Source of the DNA: Schmidtea polychroa
Taxonomy: Eukaryota
DNA: 64,000 nt
Direction of reading: 5' to 3'
Assembly: GCA_044892525.1 (NCBI GenBank)
Contig: CM097885.1
Coordinates: forward strand, 168,826,001-168,890,000
In this document: one piece after another, positions 22,041-33,117 of the stretch
How positions within the stretch are numbered: the stretch's first letter is position 1
Layout: each line of letters starts with the position of its first letter
Translations under genes and position numbers: made by a program
Notes under the pieces: generated by a model
Database searches by the model: none
What the model saw: only the letters and a program-made list of their open reading frames with translations
Told to the model about the DNA's origin: nothing

Positions 22041-25000
22041 ATGCAATCGAGTAAATATGATCCAACCAATTTAATAAGTAGTCTTTCTTTAGAATATAAA
22101 AATGCTAGAGAGAAAAAAATAAACAATAAAATCACAAAATACAACAATAAACAAAAGACAATTCGAATATTTATTTCATCAACTTTTCGGGATTTTCACA
22201 ACGAAAGAAATTTACTGGTCACGAAAGTTTTCCCTAGACTTCGTGAGTGGTGCGCAAATCACGGCTTGTATTTGGTTGAATGTGATTTACGATGGGGCAT
22301 TCCGGCAGATTCGTCGAGAGAAGAAACTTTAATGACATGTTTTGACGAAATAGAGAAAGGAAAACAAGAATGTAATGAAATGAATTTCTTTTTGGGTTTG
22401 ATTGGAGACAGATACGGTTGGATTCCAAGTGAAGCCGAAATAACAGAGAATATTAGAAAAAGGTAATTTTTGTGAAATGTTTAAGATTATATTAAATATT
22501 TATTAAATTATTAAGTTACAATTACTGTTGAAATGAAAATTGTATGATACATATTATCTTTAATTAAATTATTTTGTAATTTTTTGAATTACCGTTTTTT
22601 CCTCCAGGTACTGCGTTATCTACACAAAAAATATCAAAATACACAGAGGAAAAATTGTATTTCAAAGCGAACGTTATTTCATTGTAATTGTTATGCTTTT
22701 CTTATAGTAATGGAAATTTACAACAATTCTTCACATTTTAAAAATCTGGTAAACTTTCTTTTCGTCAAATGGAAATTTAAATTATTTCCTAGTGAAAATA
22801 ATTATTCAATTAAAAAAATACATGTTTTACCACGTAATTGAAGCATTTCCATATTCTACGATTTCAATTAGTAATACCTTTAAATATATCAGTTTTTAAT
22901 GCAACATATGAAACATTAACATTTAGTGTTCTAACCTAATTCAACATACTAGCTAGTTTATTTTAAGCTTGTTATTATTATAAAATAAACGAATAAAACG
23001 ACTAGAAGGGTCATGGAGCCGTTAAATGGAACTAACCTCTAGAATCAAAGACATTTTAGAAGATTTATTGAATATTAAATTACTGAATATGAAATTCTTT
23101 TTCAAAATCGCTAAAAAATAAATAAATACAAAACAATATTTAATTGGGTTAAAATTGTTTATTTTCCCAAATACAATTGTATTCTTCTACAATTTCTTGG
23201 TCTTCAAGCATCTAGGAACCTCCTGGTGATTTCAGGAAACCGTTTCTGACACATGTTGTTGTAACTGCACCCCAGCTATCAATGATCCAACTGCATATGT
23301 CACTCTACGGTAGCTATTCATTTTCCCAGTCTTAGTGTATTCTTTAACACCACTCATCATCCAATCCTCCCATTTTGCCCGCTACTTGGTTTTAAACGAA
23401 TTATTTATTGTTAGATCAAGAAGTTGAACTAGTTTCGCCAATCTACTTAGAATTATGGCTTGTTTAGAAAATTTCATGTTGGTTTCTATTACGTCTGGTA
23501 TTGTATGTGCAAAACATGAGTCCATTATCAACAATGATTTTGAATTAAAAAAAGCTCCTTTTTGTTTACTCCAAACGTTTTCCACTAAAACTTTCATCAC
23601 CTTGTGGACCACGAGTCGTGGTTGACCCACCTTTTATCATCAGCGGTAACTATAATATCATTAGGAAATTATTATAAGAACTTTTTTTCCAATTTCACCA
23701 CTGATTATTTTTTCCATCGAATTTATTAAAAAGAGAGCTTGAAGCCTATAAATCAGAAATATATCGATGTTTTTTGATACTCACGAATTTTCGGCACTGC
23801 CTTTTTCAAGTGAAAGAGTACATCCAACCAATCTTCAACAAAGTTTTTATCTCTGAAAGCTTCAAAAACATCGGCCAACAGAAAATTATCCAGCTTAAGG
23901 TACACTTGCTAATAATCTAACAGCGTCTCACAGTTGTAATGGTGCCATATTTGGTTGAAATGTAATTATTCTGTTTGATTAATTTCTGGTGAAATTCTGG
24001 TGAAATACCTCCATTGATGTAGTAATATCATAAGAAAAAATGTCATTACTAGTTATTAACTGTCAACCAAAAACTTTGAAGTAACTGGAAGACTTGGTAA
24101 ACATTTTGATAAATTTGCAATACTGTTATTTAAAAATCGCAAGGAATCAATGAATCTAATTCTTCTTCAATCTGTTGTCGCTTTAAGTGTGAGAAATCTT
24201 TCTTTTTATTAGAGAATAACAATTAAATTCCCCGACCTGAAAAATATTTTTCAGACTGAGATGGAAATTACAATCAGAGAGCTAATAATGCCGCTGAATG
24301 TGAGTAAGAGTACTATTTATAGATTACTCAGTGAAAGTGGCATAAGAAAATTATGCTCTCGCTTTGTATAACGTTTTGAACTACTGAAATGCAGTGCTAC
24401 TAAGAGAATTTTCAGATTTTGGATGATATTGGAGAGGATATTTTAGGATAATATTATTACCATGGATGAGACACTACTTTCGCTTTATGTTCCACAATTT
24501 AAACGGGAATCTACAGTGTGGAAACTACTCCTGAAATCTGTTCTTTAAAGATGAGGTCATCAACAAATCACGGAAAGGCGCTCATATTGACTGTGTTTTC
24601 GGATGTCACTGGCATTATTCTAGCTGATTTTGCCCAAAATGGTGTTCAAATTAACAAATCCTGCTACTTCGAACTTGCACAGGAAGCATGGAAACTCCGA
24701 AAGAAAGGTCGGGTGTGTGGGCTTTATTATTTACACGATTACCCTCCCATTCATACAAATTGAAATTAGATTTAACACATTTATTTAATTAAATTTAAAA
24801 GATCATTTATTTAAATTTAAATTTTATATTAAAATAAAATTCTGAGAGTGGAAAATATTTTTCATTTCTATTTTATTGTAAAGCTATCATAATTATATAT
24901 GCATGTTAAAATTAGGGCTAATTTAATGACTTGCGCTGAAATGAAGTTCTATGCATATCTACTGCTATCTGTACCAAAAATCAATATGATATTCATAGCA

Positions 25001-27282
25001 CGTCAAGTGAGTAGTTCTATCTGCAAGTTAGATATTATAGAACGCTCGACTTCCTAATATAATTTAAAATAACATGTCAACTCGCTGCAAATTACTTTGG
25101 GTGGTTTTGCTATTCGAGCATTTTAATTAACTCCTGGTGCAAGTGGTTAATAACTAGGCTTTATCAATTACATTTTAGGAATATTTGATAAGAATACTTG
25201 TATTTTATTTTAAATCTAAGGTACAAATGGATAGATGGAAGCTCAGTTACTTTAATGGAGATACTTCATGGAATGATTCGAACTCTAACTCCAAATGGTC
25301 TTCTTATGGTAAGATTGCCAGATTTTATTAAAGATCTTCCAGATAATTTGAGATCTGAATTTCTGGAAACGGATCCTATGGCAGCATCAAATTTAAATAT
25401 CTTTAAAGAATTTTTAAAAAATACTTTTGAGAAGCATAATTCTTTTCATTTTTATAGTGCCTCTTATGACGGAGTTGTCTATGATAAATTCATTGATAAA
25501 AAAAGAGTTCTTGTAAAATTGGATGACTTTGAAAATCAAATTGAAAAACATTTTATCAAATGCATTAAAGAAAATTTTTTACTATTTAAAGATGAAAAAG
25601 CTGACAACATTGATGAAGTTCATGAAGTTATGGTTGAATGCCTTACAAATCAAAATCCAATACCCCATGAGACTTTTCAAAAGCTTTTTGATACTCTTAA
25701 AAGTAAGCTGTCTAAAAAAGAAAGAAGTTCAAATTCTATTTTTATGCTTTCCGGAGAAGCTGGATCTGGAAAATCTACAACCTTAGCACACTGTGCAAAA
25801 ATATTGAAGGATTTTCCGAATTGTGATTCGTTTTTTCATAGTTTTTCCTGCACTTCTAACAGTATGTATAACACGACCATTTGTGAAAGACTTTATAGAT
25901 TTCTCTCAACTGACAATTTAAATCCTAATAAATCTTATTTAGAGAAAAAGAATAAGATTAGTTATTTATTAGAAAACGGACCGAAACGTCATGACAAAGA
26001 TGTGTTTTACGTTTTCTTGGATGGTATTGATGAAATGTCAAGTGATCAAACATTAGGGTGGCTTCCGAAATTAACTTCTGAACGTATTGTTATAATAATT
26101 AGTTGTTTACTAGATACCTCTCCGTCATCTTTCTATTCCAATTTACACAATTCCGACAAGTCTATTTCGGAATTATCAATACAAGTAATGCCAAAGACTC
26201 AATTATGTGAAATGGTAAAGAATTATCTCGACAGTTTCGGTAAAAAGCTCGACGTTGACCAACTCAATTGCTTAATGAGCTTCAAAAATTCAAACAATCC
26301 ATTGTGGTTGATTTCAGCTTGTGAAGAATTAAGAATTCATGGAGACTACTTTTCTCTGACAAAATTTATTTTGTCTCTTCCGTCTACGATCTGTGAACTG
26401 AATAAAATGGTTATTAAAAGACTGATAAATCAAGATTCAAAAAATATCTTGAAAACATTTTTACAACTTTTGGTCATTTCTAAGAGTGGATTGTGGGAAA
26501 GTTTAATAAAGAATATGTTGGCAATGAAGTTAGACAGTGCTCAACCTGTAAGCCATTCATTATGGACAGAAATTGTATGCCATTTGAAAGGATTCCTACT
26601 GATACAATCCATGTCTTTGCCGTTAATCAAATTTCGACATAGGGTCATGAAGGCGGCTATTGAAGAAGAGTTGGCGATGAGTGATAAATTCCAATTAAAT
26701 CTCCATTACGAAATGTCGGTGTTCTTTGAAAATATAATTGGAAATTCTGGAGATTTGTTTCTAGCAGATTACATTTATCATTTAATCAAGTCGAATTCTC
26801 GAAATCGTTTGATTAAATTCATTCGAACTCGCAAATCGTGGAGAATCTTTAAAAACTCATTTATTCGAGGAAAAATTGTTTCAAGTATGCGTTGCATGAA
26901 TTGCGTTGTGAATATACCTTCACAGAAGTCTCAAGAATTAATGATGTGTCAAACGTGTAAGTTCGTTTCTGGAGAATTAGCGGAGCATGCAATGAATAAG
27001 AACAGTTGTTATTTCTGTGGAACATTTGTATTTAATAATAATGGTGATGTTGCTAAACTTTATCCGTGCCAATTTCACAGGCACCCAATTGTGAGTTTAA
27101 TAAAATGTAGTCTATGCGAAAATCCAATAGGAGGAAAAGGAGAGAGCCTCAAAGTTTGTCAGATGTGTAAATTGCAAAATCTTTCTGGGAGCTGTGGGGT
27201 AATAGTTAAGGAAGAGGACATTTTGTTTCATCAACAACTTGAGTATAGTCATTCAGTTTATCGCATTGAATCGTTAATTTAA
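22041..27282 (+). CDS. DUF4062-like / STAND (NACHT-like) NTPase / PHF5-like zinc-knot protein, paralog A; exons 22041-22462 and 25221-27282, 827 aa
   Basis: RIFISSTFRDF...ECDLRWG...FLGLIGDRYGW (DUF4062-like, as in the TEP1/NWD/NPHP3 family); Walker A GEAGSGKST; Walker B VFLDGIDE; GT-AG phase-2 intron rejoins in frame (422+2062 nt = 828 codons). Confidence 0.85.
23200..23950 (-). mobile_element. Degraded pogo/Tigger-like DDE transposase fragment in the paralog A intron
   Basis: SLLIMDSCFAH...LVQLLDLTINNSFKTK resembles the DDE_1 LLxxDxxxxH...QPLD...FK motifs; multiple stops. Boundaries approximate. Confidence 0.65.
24200..24763 (+). mobile_element. Degraded mariner (DD34D-type) transposase fragment in the paralog A intron
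   Basis: HTH region VSKSTIYRLL, IITMDET, LTVFSDVTGIILADF, LHDYPPIHT; frameshifts and stops. Confidence 0.75.
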
Positions 27283-27399
27283 ACAATTTGGAACTTGTTA
27301 ACTTTTGTCTATAAATAAATTTCATTAAATGATGTTGTTGATCTCATAAATATATGAGATGCGTCTAATAATTAGTAAATAAAATAAAAAAAACATTGT

Positions 27400-27800
27400 A
27401 TCAAAAGTAATAATCAACGGCAGGTTTTATCTGGTCTGTTATCACAACCTCTTTTTTCTTTCTCAAGACCCTTCCTTTATCCTATCAGCTTGACCGGATT
27501 TATCTAACGGGACACCATTGTAATACATTATGCTAATACATTAAAGATATGCTCTTGGACTGAAAATAACTGAGTTTGAAATGAGAGGTTTGAAATTTAA
27601 TGAATTTATCGTTTTGTAGCCTTTGCTAACCTGTTTGTCAAGGTAATATTTAGAATTGGATCTGAATTTTATTCTCCTATAGTCACTGGTACTTGCGCAG
27701 AAATTTCTTCTTAAATTTTCTAATTTGTTCACGGTTGAACCATGTCTCTTTTAATAATGGGAGTTCATGTGATTCTATCAAGATCACTTTTTTCACTAAC
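27400..27800 (-). mobile_element. Degraded LINE fragment (post-endonuclease region)
   Basis: Minus strand WFNREQIRKFKKKFLRKYQ resembles the PWFNxEI...RKY linker of L2/CR1/Jockey-type ORF2; many stops. Confidence 0.4.
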
Positions 27801-28028
27801 AAAAATACTGAGTAAATTACATATTCTTTATTTTAGAAAACTACTGCTTACAATGAAATCTCATTAAATGTCCATTTAATGTCATTCTCGTGTATTTATC
27901 ACATATTATAGTGTTCCGCAAAATGTGTGCCACAGCACATTGGTGTACCATGGTCATTTCAAGTATTGTGAAGATAATACACCTACACATAGCTGAGAGT
28001 TATGCGTTCGAGGCGTTACATTGCGCAA

Positions 28029-28990
28029 AGTAGTAGTTAGTAGCCCCCGGCGGCAGGACCTAGAAAAAATAATTTTTATTTGCTGCGGTGGCAACAGTAC
28101 ATTTTTTCAAATTCACACTATAGACAAGAGGTATCTTTAGTCTCTAGATATTTTCTATTCAAAATCCCACTGCCACTAAAAAGTCACTGCTGCAGACGAC
28201 TACGGGGTATTTTTTCAAATACACGCTATAGTCAGGAGATCTCTTTGATCCTAGAATTTTTTTGTACACAAAATCCTGATCTCACTAATATTTTTCACAT
28301 AATATTTTTCAAATTCACACTATAGTGATGGGTATATTAAGTCGTTAAAATTTTTGTATACAAAATTCAGGTCTCGTTAAAAAGTCAAGGTATTTTTAAA
28401 GTCTATAAAATTTTTTTGTACGCAGAATCAAGTACTCGAAAAAAAGTCAAAGTATTTTAAGGTCTCTAAATATTTTTGTAAGTGAATTTTTGGTAAGATA
28501 TTTTGATGAATCGACGGCCAGGTGAAATTATGGTAATAATTTTAAATTAAATTAAATTAAATTAAATTAGGGCAATATTTAAAAAATTAGTAATAGATTT
28601 TTAATTTTGGTCAGATATTTTTGATTAATCGATGGCAATTGAGACTTTGAAGTAATAATTTTAAAATTAAGTAAATTAAGGTAAATTAGGGCAATATTGA
28701 AAAAATAAGTAATAATTGTAAATAAGTAATAGATTTTGAATAATACTGAGAAATGGAGGTAATAATTGAAAATTTAGTAAATTTAAGTAAGTTAGGGCAA
28801 TATTTTAAAAATAATTATTAGATTTAAAATTTAGTCAGGTATTTAGAAGAAATGATGGCTACTGAGACATTGAGGTAATGATTAAAATAAGCAAATCATA
28901 GTAAATTAAGGTAATATTTTAAAAATAAGTAATAGATTTAAAGTTTTGGTAGCTTGTATAGAAGAATCGATGGGTATTGTGACTTTGAGG
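28029..28990 (+). mobile_element. Polinton-like terminal fragment (AGT terminus plus subterminal tandem arrays), no coding region
   Basis: Starts AGTAGTAGTTAGTAG, followed by degenerate repeats (TTTTCAAATTCACACTATAG x3; ~120-bp units with TTTTGGT(A/C)AGATATT...TTAGGGCAATATT). Confidence 0.55.
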
Positions 28991-29072
28991 TAAAGTGACC
29001 AGATATTTTTTTGTTGGAATGCGGGACATTTTCAAATTAAAACCGCATAATCCGGGACGTCTGGTAACTTTA
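28991..29072. mobile_element. 82-bp hAT-type mini-element
   Basis: TIRs TAAAGTGACCAGA / TCTGGTAACTTTA with internal CGGGAC motifs like those of the 38974-43114 hAT; no TSD visible. Confidence 0.5.
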
Positions 29073-29818
29073 TACTAAACCTTTGCACGAATACACACTA
29101 ATAACGTGTACATTGTGGAATACTATGACAAGAACACTATTTTTGCTTTTTCATTGGAAGAATGTGTATGTTTCATATTTAAATTGTATAAAGAATGCAT
29201 ACTGATTATATAATCAAGCTGATCATATTGTACACAACTTAGATTTGTTGAGCTAGAACGGAGAATTGAGAGCTTGTCTTAATGAGTCGAAAATAAATAG
29301 CATAAAATACGGCACCAAGATGAAAGAAAATCTATGATCATACACCAAGTAATACAAAATAAAGTACATCACACATTGAGAATAAATAAAACACGTATAA
29401 TAAAAATGAGGAACGCAAGAAGTTGTAATCACCAACACAGCTAAGAGAAAAATAATGCATTCAAAAAATCTGCCAACTAGAAAAATAAAAGAATAATAAA
29501 TAAAATCAATAAATGCTGTTACTAAGAAATCATCACTTCAGAATAAATAAATTCATAATTGATAATAAAATAATTAATTATATGAAAAGAAATTTTAATA
29601 AGGATTATTGGTCGTGTATTTTAAGTCAATATTTCTCAACCTTTTTCATTGATAATCTTCCAATCATTTGCTGCCAATAAAATTTTGAATAAAGGTTAAA
29701 TAATTTAATGTACCAATCGATATCAATCTCAATTATTTCTAAAAAGCTTAAATATTATTAATCTTTGTTCTAAACCACTGCTTCTAGAGATCTAGAAATC
29801 CCACTAAATGACCCTAAT

Positions 29819-30080
29819 CAATGTTCCCTCTAAGCCATAAGCAGCAATGAGCGCAAAGTCAGCTGCGCTGAGCAGCCTTTAAATACAATAACTATAACTG
29901 TAGCGACTATGTTGAAAACTAAGTAGGTAACCGGTCTTCGCTGCTGGTGGTCCATTTACATCGACAATTTCCGTGTGCTTTTTACTAGGAACAACTACCA
30001 TGAAACGGTTGAATTAAATATACTGCGCTGAAAATAATTTTGCTGCGCGCGCGCACGCGCCCAGCTTAGAAGGAATGTTG
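29819..30080. mobile_element. 262-bp hAT MITE
   Basis: TIRs CAATGTTCCCTCTAAG / CTTAGAAGGAATGTTG; exact 8-bp TSD ACCCTAAT (29811-29818, 30081-30088); second copy at 61632. Confidence 0.9.
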
Positions 30081-33000
30081 ACCCTAATACACTAACATTC
30101 ATCACAACCTAATAAACCTCTAAAACGATATAATTTTACACACGAACTATTAATGATTCATTGATAAATACTCACTATTTGCCTTAATGTAGTAAGTTCC
30201 TTTAAAATACTTATATTTTACCAATAAAAACTTCCTAAGACATTATAATTCTATCCCCTTTAAACATCAGTTTCCAACCGACTATATCCCTTAATTTCCC
30301 TAAATATTTCCATGCGCTTGATGTCATATCCCATTTTAATATATCAATTCAATCGATTAAAACTAATAGAGAATGTAAACATTCTTCAAAAATATGAATT
30401 TTCTTTAACTGTTACCGATACCCAGCATACATCTATGAAATAATTTAGCAGCTAAATCTATTTAATAAGACCCCTCTAAAAATCTGAATTCCCTGAAAAC
30501 AATATTTTCTAAAAATCAATGAAAAATATTTCACACAATTTACCATCAAATACCTAACTAGTGATGATAATTTCTCATTGATTGACAATAATTCTTCATT
30601 GATTCCCCTAATGATATTCAAGCAATTACAACATGGTATATCTTTCAAAATACATCCAAAATTCGATATATTTTACAATACATTTTCAGGTAAATTTTAA
30701 ATTTATCTTACCATCTTCTTAAAGTTAACTAGTTTTAGAGCTTAAGATTTTCAATAATTTAAAGTTCATCAATGTGTAAGGTGACTAAGGTTCATGGAAA
30801 TATTCTTAGAAAATATATAGTTATTGAAAAAATCATTTTGTCAAATTCAATAAAGTCATTGCTATCATCAAAAATTAAATAATTTATCCTGTCACTTCAT
30901 TATTGTAAAAACTAATTATTAACCTAACTATCATTAAAAATAATTTTTATTTAAAATTAAATTAAAAAACAAGTCAATAAAAATACTGCAAATTATTAAG
31001 AAATTAACTAAATTTATCTTAGAATCAACATTAAAACCTTAAATTTTTAAAAATTCTTTCAATCAACATAAAATTCACAAATAAAATGATAGAAATTCAC
31101 TTGAATATTTCCTAAAAACCAGCTAACATCACCACTAAAAATGTATCAATGAATTTAATTGCTCTGGGTGTCTAAATTTACCTAAATAAAATTCAAATAA
31201 AATCATTAAAACTTAAGATAACTCCCTGAAATTTATCATTAAATTCCTTTCAAATTAAATAAATCAAGATAAGAACTTCGATAAAAAATATTATTCTAAA
31301 ATGGTAAGATGGAAGGAGAATTATTCTTTAAACAGGGAAACGGAAATAAATGAAGAAAACTTTGATAAAATTAACAATCAACATACTTTTCTCAGGTGGT
31401 AAGAATCTTCATTGAATTGAAGAAACAGAAGCAGAAGCAGAATTCTTTAATAAACAGATTACTCTATGAAAAAATGATAAATTAATAATGAAATTAATAA
31501 ACTCAAAAAGTTAAAATTTTCATTGAGATAAGCGATAGAATTATTCATTGGGGTGGGGACCCGGATGGTGGTGCTATCGAGGTCTACTAACTACTAAGTC
31601 CTTCTAGCGGCAGTCATGAACCTGTAAGGAAGACCGTATAGGAGTAGTTTTAATTCCAAAGCTCACCTGCTCTATGAATTCCGCCGACATTGCACAGTTT
31701 CAACATGATCCAGATCATGGGTGCCTTGTCGAATGAAATAGTCATGTGCGCATTCTAGAATTTCCAGTTCCCTACATCTTCACGATTCTCTTGTAGGATT
31801 CCATTCTATGACCATTCCATGGATTACCCCTGGTAGTCATTGTTGTTTTACTTAACTGGATTTTCTGAGAACACGTTAACACTTGTATATAATGGATAAA
31901 TTTGTTAAACGTACCGTATTTTTGTCAAATGAAACTAATCATTCCCAAGAAGAAACAAAGTCAATAAAGAAAAATCCTAGGCTTGTTAATCAAATGTGAT
32001 TCGAGCATGGAATCAGGAGTATCGAATGAAGTCTGCCCATCAACCAGTAGAGGAGTTCACCCAACCGACAGAAAATCAAGATCATCGGATCATAATCCTG
32101 AAACGAGAACCAGTCCTCAACCTGCCTCGCATATCGCGCATCCAGGCCGTGCATGAGGTGCGCGTAGTGATAAACCGGTTGACAAGATACTGCAGGAACT
32201 CATCCACAGTACGGACCGTGAAGTCCTGCAGTTCCACAGCGAAGAATGAGTCGAGGATTTAGCCAAAGTGAACAACCGGACGATCGAATTCCCGGAGCTG
32301 CTGAATTGGTTGCTTCAAGAACCCCGGTGGAAATGCGGAAGGCCACGAGGTTCGGTGCGACGGCAATAGATACATTAACCTGAACACTTGATTTTTATTT
32401 AATGACAATAGAAATTGGTAGATCGTGCGTTGTTGTGTTGTTCGATTATTATCACGTTTAAATGGTAGTCCGGGTGAGGCAAGATATGTTTTATTTGAGG
32501 TAGCAGCAATAATAAAACGTAGCAGTTGGACCGACAACACTTGGTAAATGAACAATAAAAAATAAAAATAAGGTAGAAATTTCATTTACAATCGAAACAT
32601 AAACTTAACTGTATTAATTTAGTGATCAAGTTAATAGAAAACCTAAGGGCCGACAAGGAAACTGTGTAAAGGGCGACAGAAGAAAATGAACAAGATACTC
32701 AATTTCTGTGGTCACTATTTTGGATAAGCTAATTTTTGGATAATTCATTCCTTCATTTTTTTTTGTTTTTTGGACTGTAATCTCATTAATGACAAAATTA
32801 TAAATTCCAAATTTTGAAAATTAAATTAAAATATAAAAACCTTTTACATCGTAATGAAATATATTATAACTGAAATTAAGATAATTTATTTTAATCCTAC
32901 TCATTTAATTGCATAAATAAAAATTATAATCAGCTTCTAAAAGTACTTTTACCCTCTATTGTTATTTACAAATAATCAATAAGTAGTAAGTGGTAAGTAC

Positions 33001-33117
33001 AATTCTATTCAATAAAATGCCTCTTTGTGATTGGTTAATAGTTACAATTGCTGTCTCATAAAACTATTGTTGATTATTAATTTTCTATTATTTTTTTCTT
33101 CAAAAGAGGATTGTTAA

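Noticed and set aside
28029-31595. One 3.6-kb non-autonomous Polinton bounded by the two AGT termini
   Set aside because: The ends share only ~12 bp and no 6-bp TSD (GCGCAA or CAAAGT vs AAGTCC); kept as separate remnants.
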